From sequence record NC_031039.1: a DNA stretch of 64,000 nucleotides. One strand, 5' to 3'. The notes beneath the pieces are model-generated. The model was not told the DNA's origin and did not search any database. It worked only from the letters and a program-made list of their open reading frames with translations. The position numbers were made by a program, and so were the translations under genes. Shown piece by piece: positions 1 through 9,869 of this stretch. Every line of letters begins with the position of its first letter. The first letter of the stretch is position 1.

Positions 1-2
1 TA

Positions 3-527
3 TTATTTGATCATCGAAGATTTGATACCGTAATGAATGCTGTTAGATCAGTTAAGATTGTTTCTGATGATATTATGAAGGTAAAAATTAGACCAGAGGA
101 TATTAGTAAGGATACCATTCAGAAAGAATTAAGTATGAAATTAAGTAATGCTAAAAAAGAAATCAATAAAATGATTGTTGAAAAAGAAGAAGTAACACCA
201 AATAAAGATTTATATGAAAAAAGTAAATTATTCTTACTTAAAGGTTATGATAGTTTAGTAGCTGAATTTAGTAAAATGTATAAGACTACAGATTCAATTA
301 TTAGAACTAGTAAAAATAATTTTATAAGTAAATTTAATGTTGATACTTCTACAAGAGATGGAAAATTAGCTGTTAATGGTTATATTGAAATCTCAAGAAT
401 GTGTGTTTCAACTGTTATTGAATGTTATTCTAGAATGCTTAGTCTCTTGAATCAATTATATACTGATTCATTTACAGTATGTAGGATGACAGTAGCTGAA
501 GTTAAAAAAAGAAGAAATAATGACTAA
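3..527 (+). CDS. C-terminal part of a hypothetical (possibly virion) protein; truncated by window start
   Basis: Frame is open from position 3 (LFDHRRFDTVMNAV...) through the ORF-track ATG at 33; no upstream stop in window. Confidence 0.7.
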   Translation, partial: LFDHRRFDTVMNAVRSVKIVSDDIMKVKIRPEDISKDTIQKELSMKLSNAKKEINKMIVEKEEVTPNKDLYEKSKLFLLKGYDSLVAEFSKMYKTTDSIIRTSKNNFISKFNVDTSTRDGKLAVNGYIEISRMCVSTVIECYSRMLSLLNQLYTDSFTVCRMTVAEVKKRRNND

Positions 528-532
528 TGTCA

Positions 533-1723
533 TTATTTCTTTTTAAAGTATAATTTAGCCTGTAAGTCTGAATATCCATTACTTCCTACATTAAATATAG
601 AACTAGATTTTAGAATATGATATTCCCCACTATAGTTACTGTAGTTATTAGCGGCAAAATTAAAATAAAATTGGTTATTACATGATATAGCATCTATATC
701 AATAGCGTCTAAAGTGCATGTCAAAAAAATTCCTTTTTTAGAATTTGTTACAATTTCCTTTTCTTTATGCTTATTATTATACCTATTATAATAAACTCTT
801 GTTTTAATTTCATTAGTACCATAATCATTTCTCACAATATCGCTGTTACTTTGAGAAATAATAATATTATGAGTACCAAGGAATTCTTTTCTAGAATCAG
901 AATAGTTTATAAATTTTATATTAGAGATATGAACTTTAGCTGAGTAGAAATCTCCAGATTCTGTTACTGTATCATTATAGAATAATGAATCTCCTTCAGC
1001 AGTATCACTAACAACCTTTATATGAGTATTTTTATATTTACCTTCTAATACAGGTAAATTAGAATTATCATGTTTATTAATAATATAATATGCATTAAAA
1101 TCTAGGAATATTCTTAGTCCATAATTATATATTCCATAAACAGTATCAAGATATTTCATTGATCTAATAATATTATTAGGAGGTAGTATAATTTGATCAT
1201 ATATAATTTGATTATCTGGTTTTTCAAATATAATTGGTTTTGATGGAAATTTTTGTGCAAGATATAAAATTGTACTCTCAATATCAGAGTCTTTTAAAAC
1301 TGTGTTAACTAGTCTTTTATTATTCGATAAATCTTCTTCACTCATTAATAAAAAAGTAGTTCTTAAACTAGGAATCTGATCAGTAACACTATTTAAACCT
1401 TCAGGCATATTAATTGGAGAAATATCCTTATCAACTGGTATAAAAATTTTATTTTTCATATAATACGTAAAGATAGTTGTATCATTACTCTCCAAATTTT
1501 CATGTTTGTATTTTTTAATAGTTATTGAGAATTTACATGAATCATTTTTCTGAATTAGATAATAACTTTCAAAATCTAATTCTACATTTAATCTTAAAAT
1601 AGGAAATACATTATTATCATAATCATTAATTATTTCTATGCTCCTAAACATACTGTCTAATACTATTGGATTATCAATTCCGTCAATGGCAACAAATCCT
1701 TCTATTAAATAAGAAGCATCCAT
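533..1723 (-). CDS. Putative baseplate hub (T4 gp27/late control D-like) structural protein
   Basis: 396 aa with RBS GGAGG; N-terminal IEIINDYDNNVFPILRLNV and C-terminal YSGEYHILKSSSIF resemble gp27-like hub ends; fold call by recollection. Confidence 0.45.
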   Translation of the reverse strand: MDASYLIEGFVAIDGIDNPIVLDSMFRSIEIINDYDNNVFPILRLNVELDFESYYLIQKNDSCKFSITIKKYKHENLESNDTTIFTYYMKNKIFIPVDKDISPINMPEGLNSVTDQIPSLRTTFLLMSEEDLSNNKRLVNTVLKDSDIESTILYLAQKFPSKPIIFEKPDNQIIYDQIILPPNNIIRSMKYLDTVYGIYNYGLRIFLDFNAYYIINKHDNSNLPVLEGKYKNTHIKVVSDTAEGDSLFYNDTVTESGDFYSAKVHISNIKFINYSDSRKEFLGTHNIIISQSNSDIVRNDYGTNEIKTRVYYNRYNNKHKEKEIVTNSKKGIFLTCTLDAIDIDAISCNNQFYFNFAANNYSNYSGEYHILKSSSIFNVGSNGYSDLQAKLYFKKK

Positions 1724-1743
1724 TATAATTACCTCCTTATAAA

Positions 1744-1770
1744 AAAAAAGATAGCAAACGCTATCTTTTT
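1744..1770. terminator. Bidirectional hairpin terminator
   Basis: AAAAAGATAGC-aaac-GCTATCTTTTT with A/T tracts on both sides. Confidence 0.7.
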
Positions 1771-1943
1771 AAACATTTACAATCTTTATCACATAGTGAA
1801 TGTAAACTATGATTTTCTTCTCTTAATTTATCTCTCTCTTTTTTAATATTAGAAAAATGAAATAAATGAAGAAATATTAACATTAAAATCAGAATTGTAA
1901 TAAAACGAATTACAATATATTTCATAATACTATTATTATTCAT
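1761..1943 (-). CDS. Small membrane protein (about 60 aa)
   Basis: Start better placed at ATG 1943 (RBS GAAGGGG, overlaps upstream stop); one hydrophobic helix FITILILMLIFLHLF. Confidence 0.65.
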   Translation of the reverse strand: MNNNSIMKYIVIRFITILILMLIFLHLFHFSNIKKERDKLREENHSLHSLCDKDCKCLKR

Positions 1944-3069
1944 ACTTTTCCCCTTCAAAAACATACTCCAATAAGATTGGATATCTGTCAAAATATTTAC
2001 TATTTACAAATTTAACTGATTCTGCATCAATACGATCGAATAATTGTGATTCAATATTGATTATATCTTTGTTACTAAAATTATAAAGATTGTTATTTAA
2101 TAGTTGCATATTCTTATATAACTCTTTTAAATTTTCCTCACCTAATTCATCTCTTAAACCATTCAATAGATCTGTATTATTATATTCAATATTCTTTAAT
2201 ATATTATTATCAATACATTTTTGAATAAAATTAAGAGCCTTAATATTCCCCATTTTCTTAATACTACTGATATCATAGTCTTTATATCCTGTAAGAGAAA
2301 CCAATAATGAATACATATCTGGGAGAATAGAGAAATAATAATCCTTTTTACTTTTTTCTAGGAGGATATCAATAATATCTTCTGATGCCACAAATCTTGA
2401 TTTTTCTTTTCCTCTAAGTTCTAATTGAAGAATTCTGTCTTGTAAGTTTAAATCTTGATAATGAATTTTTTCATTTGAAATAATTATATTCATATCATTC
2501 TTATTAATAATATTTTGTTTAAGTCTTGAGTTTTCAGATAAGAATAAATGCGGTACTAATCTTGGATCCATTTCATCTGTTTTGATAAAGTAGGCATGTG
2601 GTACATATTCACAAAATAATTTAATAATATGAACATTTTTCTTAACCATATTATTAAATAAACCAAAAGTCTGATTTTTATCATCTAATCTTTTTTCATA
2701 AAAAGAACTTCTATAGTTTTTATCAATATTAGTTAATCTTGTATCCCTCTTATCAGAATAATAGAAGACAAAGTTAGTATACATTTTTAATCTGGAATAA
2801 AAGAAATGTCTATAATGTCCAATAATATTAATAACTTCTGAAGCAATCATAAATCTTTCTCTCTGTTTTAATGAATTCATTGTTTCTAGAGTTTGTGGAT
2901 TGTATAATGACTTAACTATATCCCAAAAATCAATAAAAATATTAACAGTATTATATTCTCTATCAGTACCAGTTATAATTGTTTTATTATTAATATATGG
3001 TTTGACTAAAGGCATTAAAGTGTCATAGCTTAATTTCTTGGAATGAAGAATTTTTTCTAATAATAACAT
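1936..3069 (-). CDS. 5'-3' exonuclease / FEN-PIN family nuclease (T4 RNase H-like)
   Basis: N-terminal VNIFIDFWD, NIIISNEKIHYQDL segment and GYKDYDISSIKKMGNIKA helix-hairpin-like region; 377 aa; replication gene context. Confidence 0.6.
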   Translation of the reverse strand: MLLLEKILHSKKLSYDTLMPLVKPYINNKTIITGTDREYNTVNIFIDFWDIVKSLYNPQTLETMNSLKQRERFMIASEVINIIGHYRHFFYSRLKMYTNFVFYYSDKRDTRLTNIDKNYRSSFYEKRLDDKNQTFGLFNNMVKKNVHIIKLFCEYVPHAYFIKTDEMDPRLVPHLFLSENSRLKQNIINKNDMNIIISNEKIHYQDLNLQDRILQLELRGKEKSRFVASEDIIDILLEKSKKDYYFSILPDMYSLLVSLTGYKDYDISSIKKMGNIKALNFIQKCIDNNILKNIEYNNTDLLNGLRDELGEENLKELYKNMQLLNNNLYNFSNKDIINIESQLFDRIDAESVKFVNSKYFDRYPILLEYVFEGEKYE

Positions 3070-3071
3070 TT

Positions 3072-3602
3072 TTATTCTCCTTTATTATTGATGTTAATTA
3101 CTTCTACATCATGATTCTTCAATAGTTTCAGTGTTTCATTAAAGCCATCATATTCTTTATCAAATACAATATGTTTAATTCCATGTGTTATTAATTGTTT
3201 AGCACAATTAAAACAAGGTGAATATGTAATATAAGCTGTTGCTCCTTCAATTGAAACACCATTCTTATGCGCTTTTGCAATGGCATTCATCTCAGCATGA
3301 ATTTCATGAATCAAAGACCACTTATGATGTTCTTCTTGATCTTCACATAATTCCCATCCCCAAGGATCAAATATATTTTTCATCCCTTTACCTAAAGTGG
3401 AATGTTTTTTATACCATTTTCCATCTCTTTTCATAAATTTATCACAACAATTTTCTTTTCCAGAAGCAGTTCCATTTATACCTACTGCTAGAATATTAGT
3501 ATCTTTTTCAATAATACAGCCAACCTGTTTAGCAGCACATTTAGATTCAATTGCAACTCTTTTTGCTATGTCCATATACATTAAATCCCATTTGTTTGTC
3601 AT
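3072..3602 (-). CDS. dCMP deaminase (ComEB/DctD family)
   Basis: Zn-deaminase motifs HAEMNAI and TYSPCFNCAK; SKCAAKQVGCII and GING motifs. Confidence 0.92.
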   Translation of the reverse strand: MTNKWDLMYMDIAKRVAIESKCAAKQVGCIIEKDTNILAVGINGTASGKENCCDKFMKRDGKWYKKHSTLGKGMKNIFDPWGWELCEDQEEHHKWSLIHEIHAEMNAIAKAHKNGVSIEGATAYITYSPCFNCAKQLITHGIKHIVFDKEYDGFNETLKLLKNHDVEVININNKGE

Positions 3603-3625
3603 TTTATTTCCTCCATAATAAAATA

Positions 3626-3637
3626 TACTTGTTTGTT
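3626..3637 (-). promoter_or_regulatory. Late (nvRNAP-type) promoter motif AACA-N6-TA upstream of dCMP deaminase
   Basis: Minus strand AACA-AACAAG-TA, about 24 nt before the start; matches the AR9 late consensus as recalled. Confidence 0.55.
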
Positions 3638-3657
3638 CTTAATTCTTTAAAATACAT

Positions 3658-3689
3658 AAGGAAAACCAGATATTATTCTGGTTTTCCTT
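3658..3689 (-). terminator. Terminator after nrdF
   Basis: AAGGAAAACCAGA-tattat-TCTGGTTTTCCTT 13-bp inverted repeat. Confidence 0.75.
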
Positions 3690-3694
3690 TTTAA

Positions 3695-4744
3695 TTAACT
3701 TTCAGAGAGTTCATTAAGTTCAGACATTAAGTCTACATCTAAGCGATCAATTTTAAATGTTTCTTTTGTAATAGGAGTTACATTTAGTGCTTTAGTATAA
3801 CCATTTCCTTTTACTGAGAAGAAATCATGGTTTTTAGTAGTTGTATTAAGTCCATTTTCTACAACTGGATTAATATCTTCATCATCAAATAAATGATTAA
3901 AACCCAAGTTATCAAAAGCATTATTAGCATTATAGCGTAAGAATGCATTTACTTCATCGACTAATCCTATTTTAGAATAGATCTCTTCAGTATATTCTAA
4001 TTCATTTTCATAAAGATCCATTAATAGTTCATTTGCCCATTGAACTAATTCTTGCTGTTTATTAATATCAAATTTTTCAAATAACTCTTGAGCTAATAAT
4101 CCCATATATTGACCATGAACTGACTCATCACGGATAATTAAGTTAATAATTTCACCACTGGCTACCATTTTGCCTTGTCCAGCTAGGTATAAAGGATAGA
4201 AGAATCCAGAATAGAATAAGAATGATTCTAACATTACACTGGCTACCATTGCTTTGTATAACATCTCATCAGTAATATCCTTAGTAAAGATAGCGTCATA
4301 ATATTTAACAATTTTTTCGGCTTTATACTGAAGGTTCTTTTGTTCTTCTCCCCATTTAAAAATCTCATCAATTAGACTCATAGAACAAAGTGTTGAGAAA
4401 ATAGCTGAATACGACTTAGCATGTACATGTTCCATTGCACCACTAAAAGCAATAACGGCACTCTTTTGTTCATCTTTAATATGAAGAGAAATTAATGGCA
4501 TTCCTGCATTTCCTTGTTCAGTATCCAATTTTGTTAAACCAACAAGTACTTTGTAGTATGCTTCTTGTTCATCCTTACTAAGTACTTTATTCCAAGTAAC
4601 AATATCTCCAGTTAAATCAATCTCTTTTTCTAACCAAAATTGGGAAGTATTAATATCCCAGAAATCAATAGTATATTCATCAGTAAGGCGGTTCCAGTTA
4701 ACCGCCTTATGAACGATGGGTACAATTTTACTCTCTGTTGTCAT
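3695..4744 (-). CDS. nrdF: Ribonucleotide reductase class Ib beta subunit
   Basis: KAVNWN start, LTKLDTEQ, EHVHAKSYS, ESFLFYSGFF, IIRDESVHG ligand motifs, C-terminal HDFFSVKGNGY. Confidence 0.95.
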   Translation of the reverse strand: MTTESKIVPIVHKAVNWNRLTDEYTIDFWDINTSQFWLEKEIDLTGDIVTWNKVLSKDEQEAYYKVLVGLTKLDTEQGNAGMPLISLHIKDEQKSAVIAFSGAMEHVHAKSYSAIFSTLCSMSLIDEIFKWGEEQKNLQYKAEKIVKYYDAIFTKDITDEMLYKAMVASVMLESFLFYSGFFYPLYLAGQGKMVASGEIINLIIRDESVHGQYMGLLAQELFEKFDINKQQELVQWANELLMDLYENELEYTEEIYSKIGLVDEVNAFLRYNANNAFDNLGFNHLFDDEDINPVVENGLNTTTKNHDFFSVKGNGYTKALNVTPITKETFKIDRLDVDLMSELNELSES

Positions 4745-4770
4745 TTTATCTAGTCCTCTCCTCTTTTAAA

Positions 4771-6867
4771 TCAAACTGCACAAGATTCGCAGATGTCATC
4801 TCCTGATTTACTTCTATTACGTACATAGTAAAGACTCTTTAAACCACGTTTATTGGCATAATACATATGACCAACTAATTGATCTGTAGGGATATCACTA
4901 TTGACAAATAAAGTAGTAGAAATACCCTGATCAATATGTTGTTGGATTACTGCAACCATGTCAATAATTTTATTTTGATCCATATCATATGCTGATTTGT
5001 AAGACCATTGAGTTCTACCGTCTAGATATGGCATTGGATAGTATGTTGTAGAGTCATGATATGTTCTGTTTTCAATTCGACTTACAACTGGCATAATAGA
5101 TTGAGTTGAATTCTGTACATAACTAATTGACTGTGTAGGTGCAATAGCAAGTCTATAAGCATGGTATAAACCATTTTCTTTTACTTGTTCTGCTAATTCA
5201 GCCCAATCTTCTTTTGTTGGAACAAAGATTCCCTCAAATAATTCTTTTACTTTTTGACTTCTAGGTGTATAATCATTTTCGATATAACGTTTAAAATAAT
5301 TACCATTAGCATATTCAGAATCTTCAAAACGATGGAATTTTTTATTTTTCTCAATAGCAATTTCCATACTTCGTCTAATACTATGGAAATTCATAATTGC
5401 AAAGAATACATTGGCAAAATCTCTAGCTACAGCACTTTCATATGAAATACTATTTTTAGCAAGGAAACCATGTAAGTTCATTGCGCCTAAACCAACTGAA
5501 TGGAATAGAGCATTTGCTTTTCTTATAGATGGTGCATTTTTGATATCACTCTTATCTGTTACAGATGTTAAAATATCCATTGCAATATCTACAGAATCTT
5601 TAAATTTTTTAGTCTCCATTACATTAACGATATTTAATGATGCAAGGTTACAACTGATTCCCAATCCTAATTCATCTTCTTCTCCATAATTATTAATTAC
5701 TGATACTGAACTTAACTGCATAATTTCAGTACAAAGGTTAGAGAATTTAATTTCACCAATTGCTTTTAAAGCATGTTCTTTATTAGCATTTGTTTTGAAG
5801 AACAGATAAGGGTATCCTGATTCTAATTGAGTCATTGCAATTTGATTCATTAGTTTCATTGGTGATAATTCACATACAAATTTCTTAATATTTGGATTAT
5901 TAACTAATTCATCATACATTACATCTAAATCCATCTCATCTAAAGGAATTCCATATTCTTTTTCGACACTATAAGGAGAGAATGTATAGAACTCTTCTTC
6001 TCCTGATTCTAGCAATTGAATAAATTTATCAGGAACAATAATTCCAGTTGAAAGTGTTTTCATACGAATGCTATCGTCAGCATTGATTTTTTTAGTATTT
6101 AGGAAATGAATAATATCCCCATGAAAAATATTAAGATAAACAGCTCCTGAGCCTTTGCGTTGACCCATCTGATCAGCATAAGAGAAACTTTGTTCCAATA
6201 ATTTCATTACAGGAATAACACCTTTAGCGGCATTTTCTTCACCATTTACTGGATCTCCAAGCATTCTTAATTTAGAAACATTTGTTGAAACCCCTCCACC
6301 AATTTTAGAGAGATACTTTGATTGTCCTTCAATATGACTAATTGAGTTTAGAGTATCATCAACTTCATCTAAGAAACAAGATACAAGTTCCCCTCTTCTT
6401 GCTTTACCAGCATTAAGGAAAGTAGGAGTAGCAGGTTGAACTCTTTGTTCTATCATTGCAACAGCGGCTTGAATTGCTTTGTCTAGATTCCCATCAAATA
6501 GATAGAGAGCAACAATAGCAATTCTATCTTGGTAAGTTTCTAAGTAATGTTTTTTATCTGTAGTTTTCAAGGCATAAGTACTATAAAATTTGGAGATAGC
6601 CATAAATGATTGGAAACTGAATGGTACTTTATTGATCGCTTTATAAACTTCTTCAATTTGTGATAAACTATAATCTTGAAATACATTATAGTAATAGTTA
6701 TTTCCAATCAACCAATTAAGACGTTCAAGTAAATTTGGAAACTTAATAGAATATTCATTAATTTCTTCTGCAAAAGAAGAAATAGCTAATTTGTCATTTT
6801 CTAACTGCCAAAAACCATTGTCACCTTTTTTAGTGATACTGTTGTTGTATTTGAGATAATCCTTCAT
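4771..6867 (-). CDS. nrdE: Ribonucleotide reductase class Ib alpha subunit
   Basis: QPATPTFLNAG, LVSCFL, GQRKGSGAVYL, FSNLCTEI, CNLASLN, AIAPTQSISY and C-terminal CESC; uninterrupted. Confidence 0.96.
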   Translation of the reverse strand: MKDYLKYNNSITKKGDNGFWQLENDKLAISSFAEEINEYSIKFPNLLERLNWLIGNNYYYNVFQDYSLSQIEEVYKAINKVPFSFQSFMAISKFYSTYALKTTDKKHYLETYQDRIAIVALYLFDGNLDKAIQAAVAMIEQRVQPATPTFLNAGKARRGELVSCFLDEVDDTLNSISHIEGQSKYLSKIGGGVSTNVSKLRMLGDPVNGEENAAKGVIPVMKLLEQSFSYADQMGQRKGSGAVYLNIFHGDIIHFLNTKKINADDSIRMKTLSTGIIVPDKFIQLLESGEEEFYTFSPYSVEKEYGIPLDEMDLDVMYDELVNNPNIKKFVCELSPMKLMNQIAMTQLESGYPYLFFKTNANKEHALKAIGEIKFSNLCTEIMQLSSVSVINNYGEEDELGLGISCNLASLNIVNVMETKKFKDSVDIAMDILTSVTDKSDIKNAPSIRKANALFHSVGLGAMNLHGFLAKNSISYESAVARDFANVFFAIMNFHSIRRSMEIAIEKNKKFHRFEDSEYANGNYFKRYIENDYTPRSQKVKELFEGIFVPTKEDWAELAEQVKENGLYHAYRLAIAPTQSISYVQNSTQSIMPVVSRIENRTYHDSTTYYPMPYLDGRTQWSYKSAYDMDQNKIIDMVAVIQQHIDQGISTTLFVNSDIPTDQLVGHMYYANKRGLKSLYYVRNRSKSGDDICESCAV

Positions 6868-7249
6868 CTAATAATTCCACTCCTTTTATAAATACACTTC
6901 TATCTCTCTCTGTTCCTCGTTTTTGGAATTTACATATAAGCTTTGCGTTATTATACCTTTCACATATATAATCAGCGCTTTTAGCAAAATTTTCTTTTCC
7001 CCAGTTTCTATCACCACTTGCGGCAACTCCTACAAGGTATTCACCATTATGCTTTAGAAATTCCATAGTTGAGGTTGGAGGTAGTCCGTTTTGTTTTACT
7101 CCATCAATCCTTAAGGTAGTTGTATAAGTTACTAATACAAATGGCTCTTCTACAATTAGATCCTTACTTATACGTTTAGCGTTAGTAAAACCACAATCCT
7201 TTACAAAAGATCTGGTACTACCAGTTCTGGTATCATATATGATTAACAT
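6830..7249 (-). CDS. nrdI: Flavodoxin-like NrdI
   Basis: YDTRTGSTRSFV, LVTYTT, GVAASGDRNWGKENFAKSAD; directly upstream of nrdE. Confidence 0.92.
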   Translation of the reverse strand: MLIIYDTRTGSTRSFVKDCGFTNAKRISKDLIVEEPFVLVTYTTTLRIDGVKQNGLPPTSTMEFLKHNGEYLVGVAASGDRNWGKENFAKSADYICERYNNAKLICKFQKRGTERDRSVFIKGVELLDEGLSQIQQQYH

Positions 7250-7262
7250 ATAATTCCCCCTA

Positions 7263-8303
7263 TTAAGGAAGTGTTATTCCTTTTGTTAATTCAATTTTAG
7301 ATTTTTCTACCCCATAATCTTTTACTATCTTATTGTAAAAGATATTAAGACCATTAAATCTTGCAAGCCTATTATTCTTAATAATATACTTATAAAAATC
7401 TAAGGTAACATCTTTATCTGAATATATTTCAATATCTACATTCAAGAGTGATAATGATGCTAGGTGATCTAAAACAAGTAAAAAGGATGTTCCATTACCA
7501 GAAACGTATAAAGGTTTGTCGTCTTTGTTATAGATATGATTGTTTACCCCAATCAAATCTATGATTCCCTCAGTCATGATAATTTTATGTTCTGATTCAG
7601 ACAAGTCTAATTTTTTCTTTAAAGCATATAGCTTTTTTGATTCTACCATATCAGGAAACAACGAAAAATTATGATAACGAAATCCAGTAATTTTTGGATC
7701 AAGACTTCTACAGATAATAGTATTCTTATCTGCCGTTAGAAAACCTATAGAATGTTCTTGTACCTTTTTAAATAAATTCTTTTGTTTATCATTTTTAATT
7801 CTCTTTGTAATATCGATATTATTATTCTTGAAGAAATCAATTGGATTTAAGACAATTTTATACTTCTCTAGATCACTCTCAACAAAATCAATTTTTAATC
7901 TATCGGATAGGTATCTTATTTTCTTATTCTCCAATTCTGTATACTGATTAGGATAGAAATTTATTATCTTATCATTATTAAAATAATTAATTTCACTACC
8001 ATATTTATATGATAATTTCTTTTTATAAGATATATTAGCCTCATTAATGTGGCTTATTAAATTATAATCAGCAATTTTAAGTCTGCTTAGGAAATTTGAT
8101 GTTATAATTCCACTAGAATGACACTTCTGACAGTAATATTTATATGGCGCTCTATTCATTATGTAAAAGTGAGCACTATTTGGATCTTTAGTACTGTCTC
8201 CACAGAAAATACACCTAATAAAAATCTCATCTTTTTTTCCTGATAAGCCACAAACACGTAGTTTAGATTTTAGATGTGAATACAAGAGGTTATTGTTCAT
8301 CAA
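7263..8303 (-). CDS. DNA primase (Zn-binding domain plus TOPRIM)
   Basis: CIFCGDS...HFY...YYCQKC Zn ribbon; TOPRIM motifs IMTEGIIDLIG and IYSDKD. Confidence 0.8.
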   Translation of the reverse strand: MMNNNLLYSHLKSKLRVCGLSGKKDEIFIRCIFCGDSTKDPNSAHFYIMNRAPYKYYCQKCHSSGIITSNFLSRLKIADYNLISHINEANISYKKKLSYKYGSEINYFNNDKIINFYPNQYTELENKKIRYLSDRLKIDFVESDLEKYKIVLNPIDFFKNNNIDITKRIKNDKQKNLFKKVQEHSIGFLTADKNTIICRSLDPKITGFRYHNFSLFPDMVESKKLYALKKKLDLSESEHKIIMTEGIIDLIGVNNHIYNKDDKPLYVSGNGTSFLLVLDHLASLSLLNVDIEIYSDKDVTLDFYKYIIKNNRLARFNGLNIFYNKIVKDYGVEKSKIELTKGITLP

Positions 8304-8326
8304 ATCCTTCTCCCATAGTTTAGTAC

Positions 8327-8338
8327 TAAAAAACTGTT
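8327..8338 (-). promoter_or_regulatory. Late promoter motif for primase-nrdIEF operon
   Basis: Minus strand AACA-GTTTTT-TA, 24 nt upstream of the primase start. Confidence 0.55.
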
Positions 8339-8376
8339 AAATTATCTCTTTAAAAGATCTTCAAAATAAAAAATTT

Positions 8377-8411
8377 AAAAGGACAATACCTTTAGTTGGT
8401 ATTGTCCTTTT
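8377..8411 (-). terminator. Terminator after gp226-like gene
   Basis: AAAAGGACAATACC...GGTATTGTCCTTTT inverted repeat. Confidence 0.75.
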
Positions 8412-8413
8412 TA

Positions 8414-9808
8414 TTAGATACACAATAACATATCAAGAACTTCTTCTGCTAAATGATCTGTAGAAAAATCTACTTCTTTATTTTCCTTATTCATAAACTT
8501 AGCATTTTTAATTGTCATTAACTGAAGGATAACATTATTTTTGTCCAAGATATTTTTAATAGGAAGATAACTCTTAAGAAGATAAGAATATTTATCAGAA
8601 TGAATAATTTTATCAACAAGCTTTTTACGATTATTCATTTTTCTAACATTTGGTGCAATAGCACAACTTAAAATCTCTGGAATAATACTAAAATTCATTT
8701 CCCCAAGTTCTCTCGTCATTCCATATAATAAATAAAAGATATCATTTTTATTAGAATTTACTTTAAACTTATTAGAATAATAAATCTTAACTAAATAAAT
8801 CTGAATGGAGTTTAATTCTCTTCCATTAATAAATTCTTTCATTACTTCATCAGTTACATTATATTTCTTTTTAATTTTTGCAATTTCCTGTTTAATACTA
8901 CATTCGTTAATTATGGAATTACCTTGGTCATTTCTAAGCAAGTTAATTTCCATACGTTCTTGTTCTGATAGCTCCTCATCATCAGTTGTTTCTGCTTTAA
9001 GAGGTTTATAACTAATTGGATATTTAAATGTAAATAAGTATTTTAGTTTTTGTTTAATAACTACATCAAGATATGATATAACAGAACTATTATGTTTTAA
9101 TTTAGGGAAGATTTTCTTAATAATTACTTTAAAATAATCTTTTACAATGATCATTAAGTCAGTAGACATATTCTTTAAGTAAGTCCAAATAACTACATCT
9201 GAATATTTAGTTTCAAATACTCGACTGTAGATAATCTTATATAATTTATTGAGTGCATTCTTTTTACCATCATCAAAACTTTTAATGACTTCTTTAAAAA
9301 TATCATAAACCAAAACTTCGTTAATATCATCATCACAATTAAAGTCACAGAGTATTGGTATTAAAATTCTCATCAATACTGAACTCTTAAGATAAATCTT
9401 ATTAAGGTTATCTGTTACCTGAAGTTCAATATTAATTTTCTTTCCTTTACTTGCTTGGTTGAGATCAAGATCATATTCTTCTTCTACAATATCTGAGATG
9501 ACATTTAATAATTTCTCATTCTTAATAAATAATCTTTCAATGTCACTATAGAATTCCATATGAGTATAATTTTCTTTTGTAGCCATATTATACCGAATTT
9601 CTAATAATGAATATGCTAAGTCATTATATTTATTAAGTACTAAATTTAGATCATCACTAATCTGGTCTAAACAGTTATAGTATGATCTCTTATTAATTGA
9701 GAAATTATTCATGTGAGAGATGTCATCCCTCCCAAATAATTTATCAAACGCAATATTAATGTCTCTTGCTTGTTCATCAAAGCTTACATAATTCTCCAAA
9801 ATGTCCAT
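8414..9808 (-). CDS. Promoter-specificity (sigma-like) subunit of non-virion RNA polymerase (AR9 gp226-like)
   Basis: 464-aa sequence (MDILENYVSFDEQARD...EEVLDMLLCI) recognised from memory as AR9 gp226; lies two genes from the chaperonin as in AR9. Confidence 0.88.
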   Translation of the reverse strand: MDILENYVSFDEQARDINIAFDKLFGRDDISHMNNFSINKRSYYNCLDQISDDLNLVLNKYNDLAYSLLEIRYNMATKENYTHMEFYSDIERLFIKNEKLLNVISDIVEEEYDLDLNQASKGKKINIELQVTDNLNKIYLKSSVLMRILIPILCDFNCDDDINEVLVYDIFKEVIKSFDDGKKNALNKLYKIIYSRVFETKYSDVVIWTYLKNMSTDLMIIVKDYFKVIIKKIFPKLKHNSSVISYLDVVIKQKLKYLFTFKYPISYKPLKAETTDDEELSEQERMEINLLRNDQGNSIINECSIKQEIAKIKKKYNVTDEVMKEFINGRELNSIQIYLVKIYYSNKFKVNSNKNDIFYLLYGMTRELGEMNFSIIPEILSCAIAPNVRKMNNRKKLVDKIIHSDKYSYLLKSYLPIKNILDKNNVILQLMTIKNAKFMNKENKEVDFSTDHLAEEVLDMLLCI

Positions 9809-9845
9809 ACCTCCTATATTATTTCATGATGTGAGAATCTTTTTT

Positions 9846-9858
9846 ATAATATATATTT
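9846..9858 (-). promoter_or_regulatory. Early (vRNAP-type) promoter motif AAATATATATTAT
   Basis: Exact 13-mer recurs at least nine times in the window, always intergenic and facing a gene; contains the TATATTAT early consensus. Confidence 0.75.
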
Positions 9859-9869
9859 AAAGTGTTATA

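Noticed and set aside
3695-6867. Introns or inteins in nrdE/nrdF as in SPbeta
   Set aside because: Both frames are continuous and of normal length.
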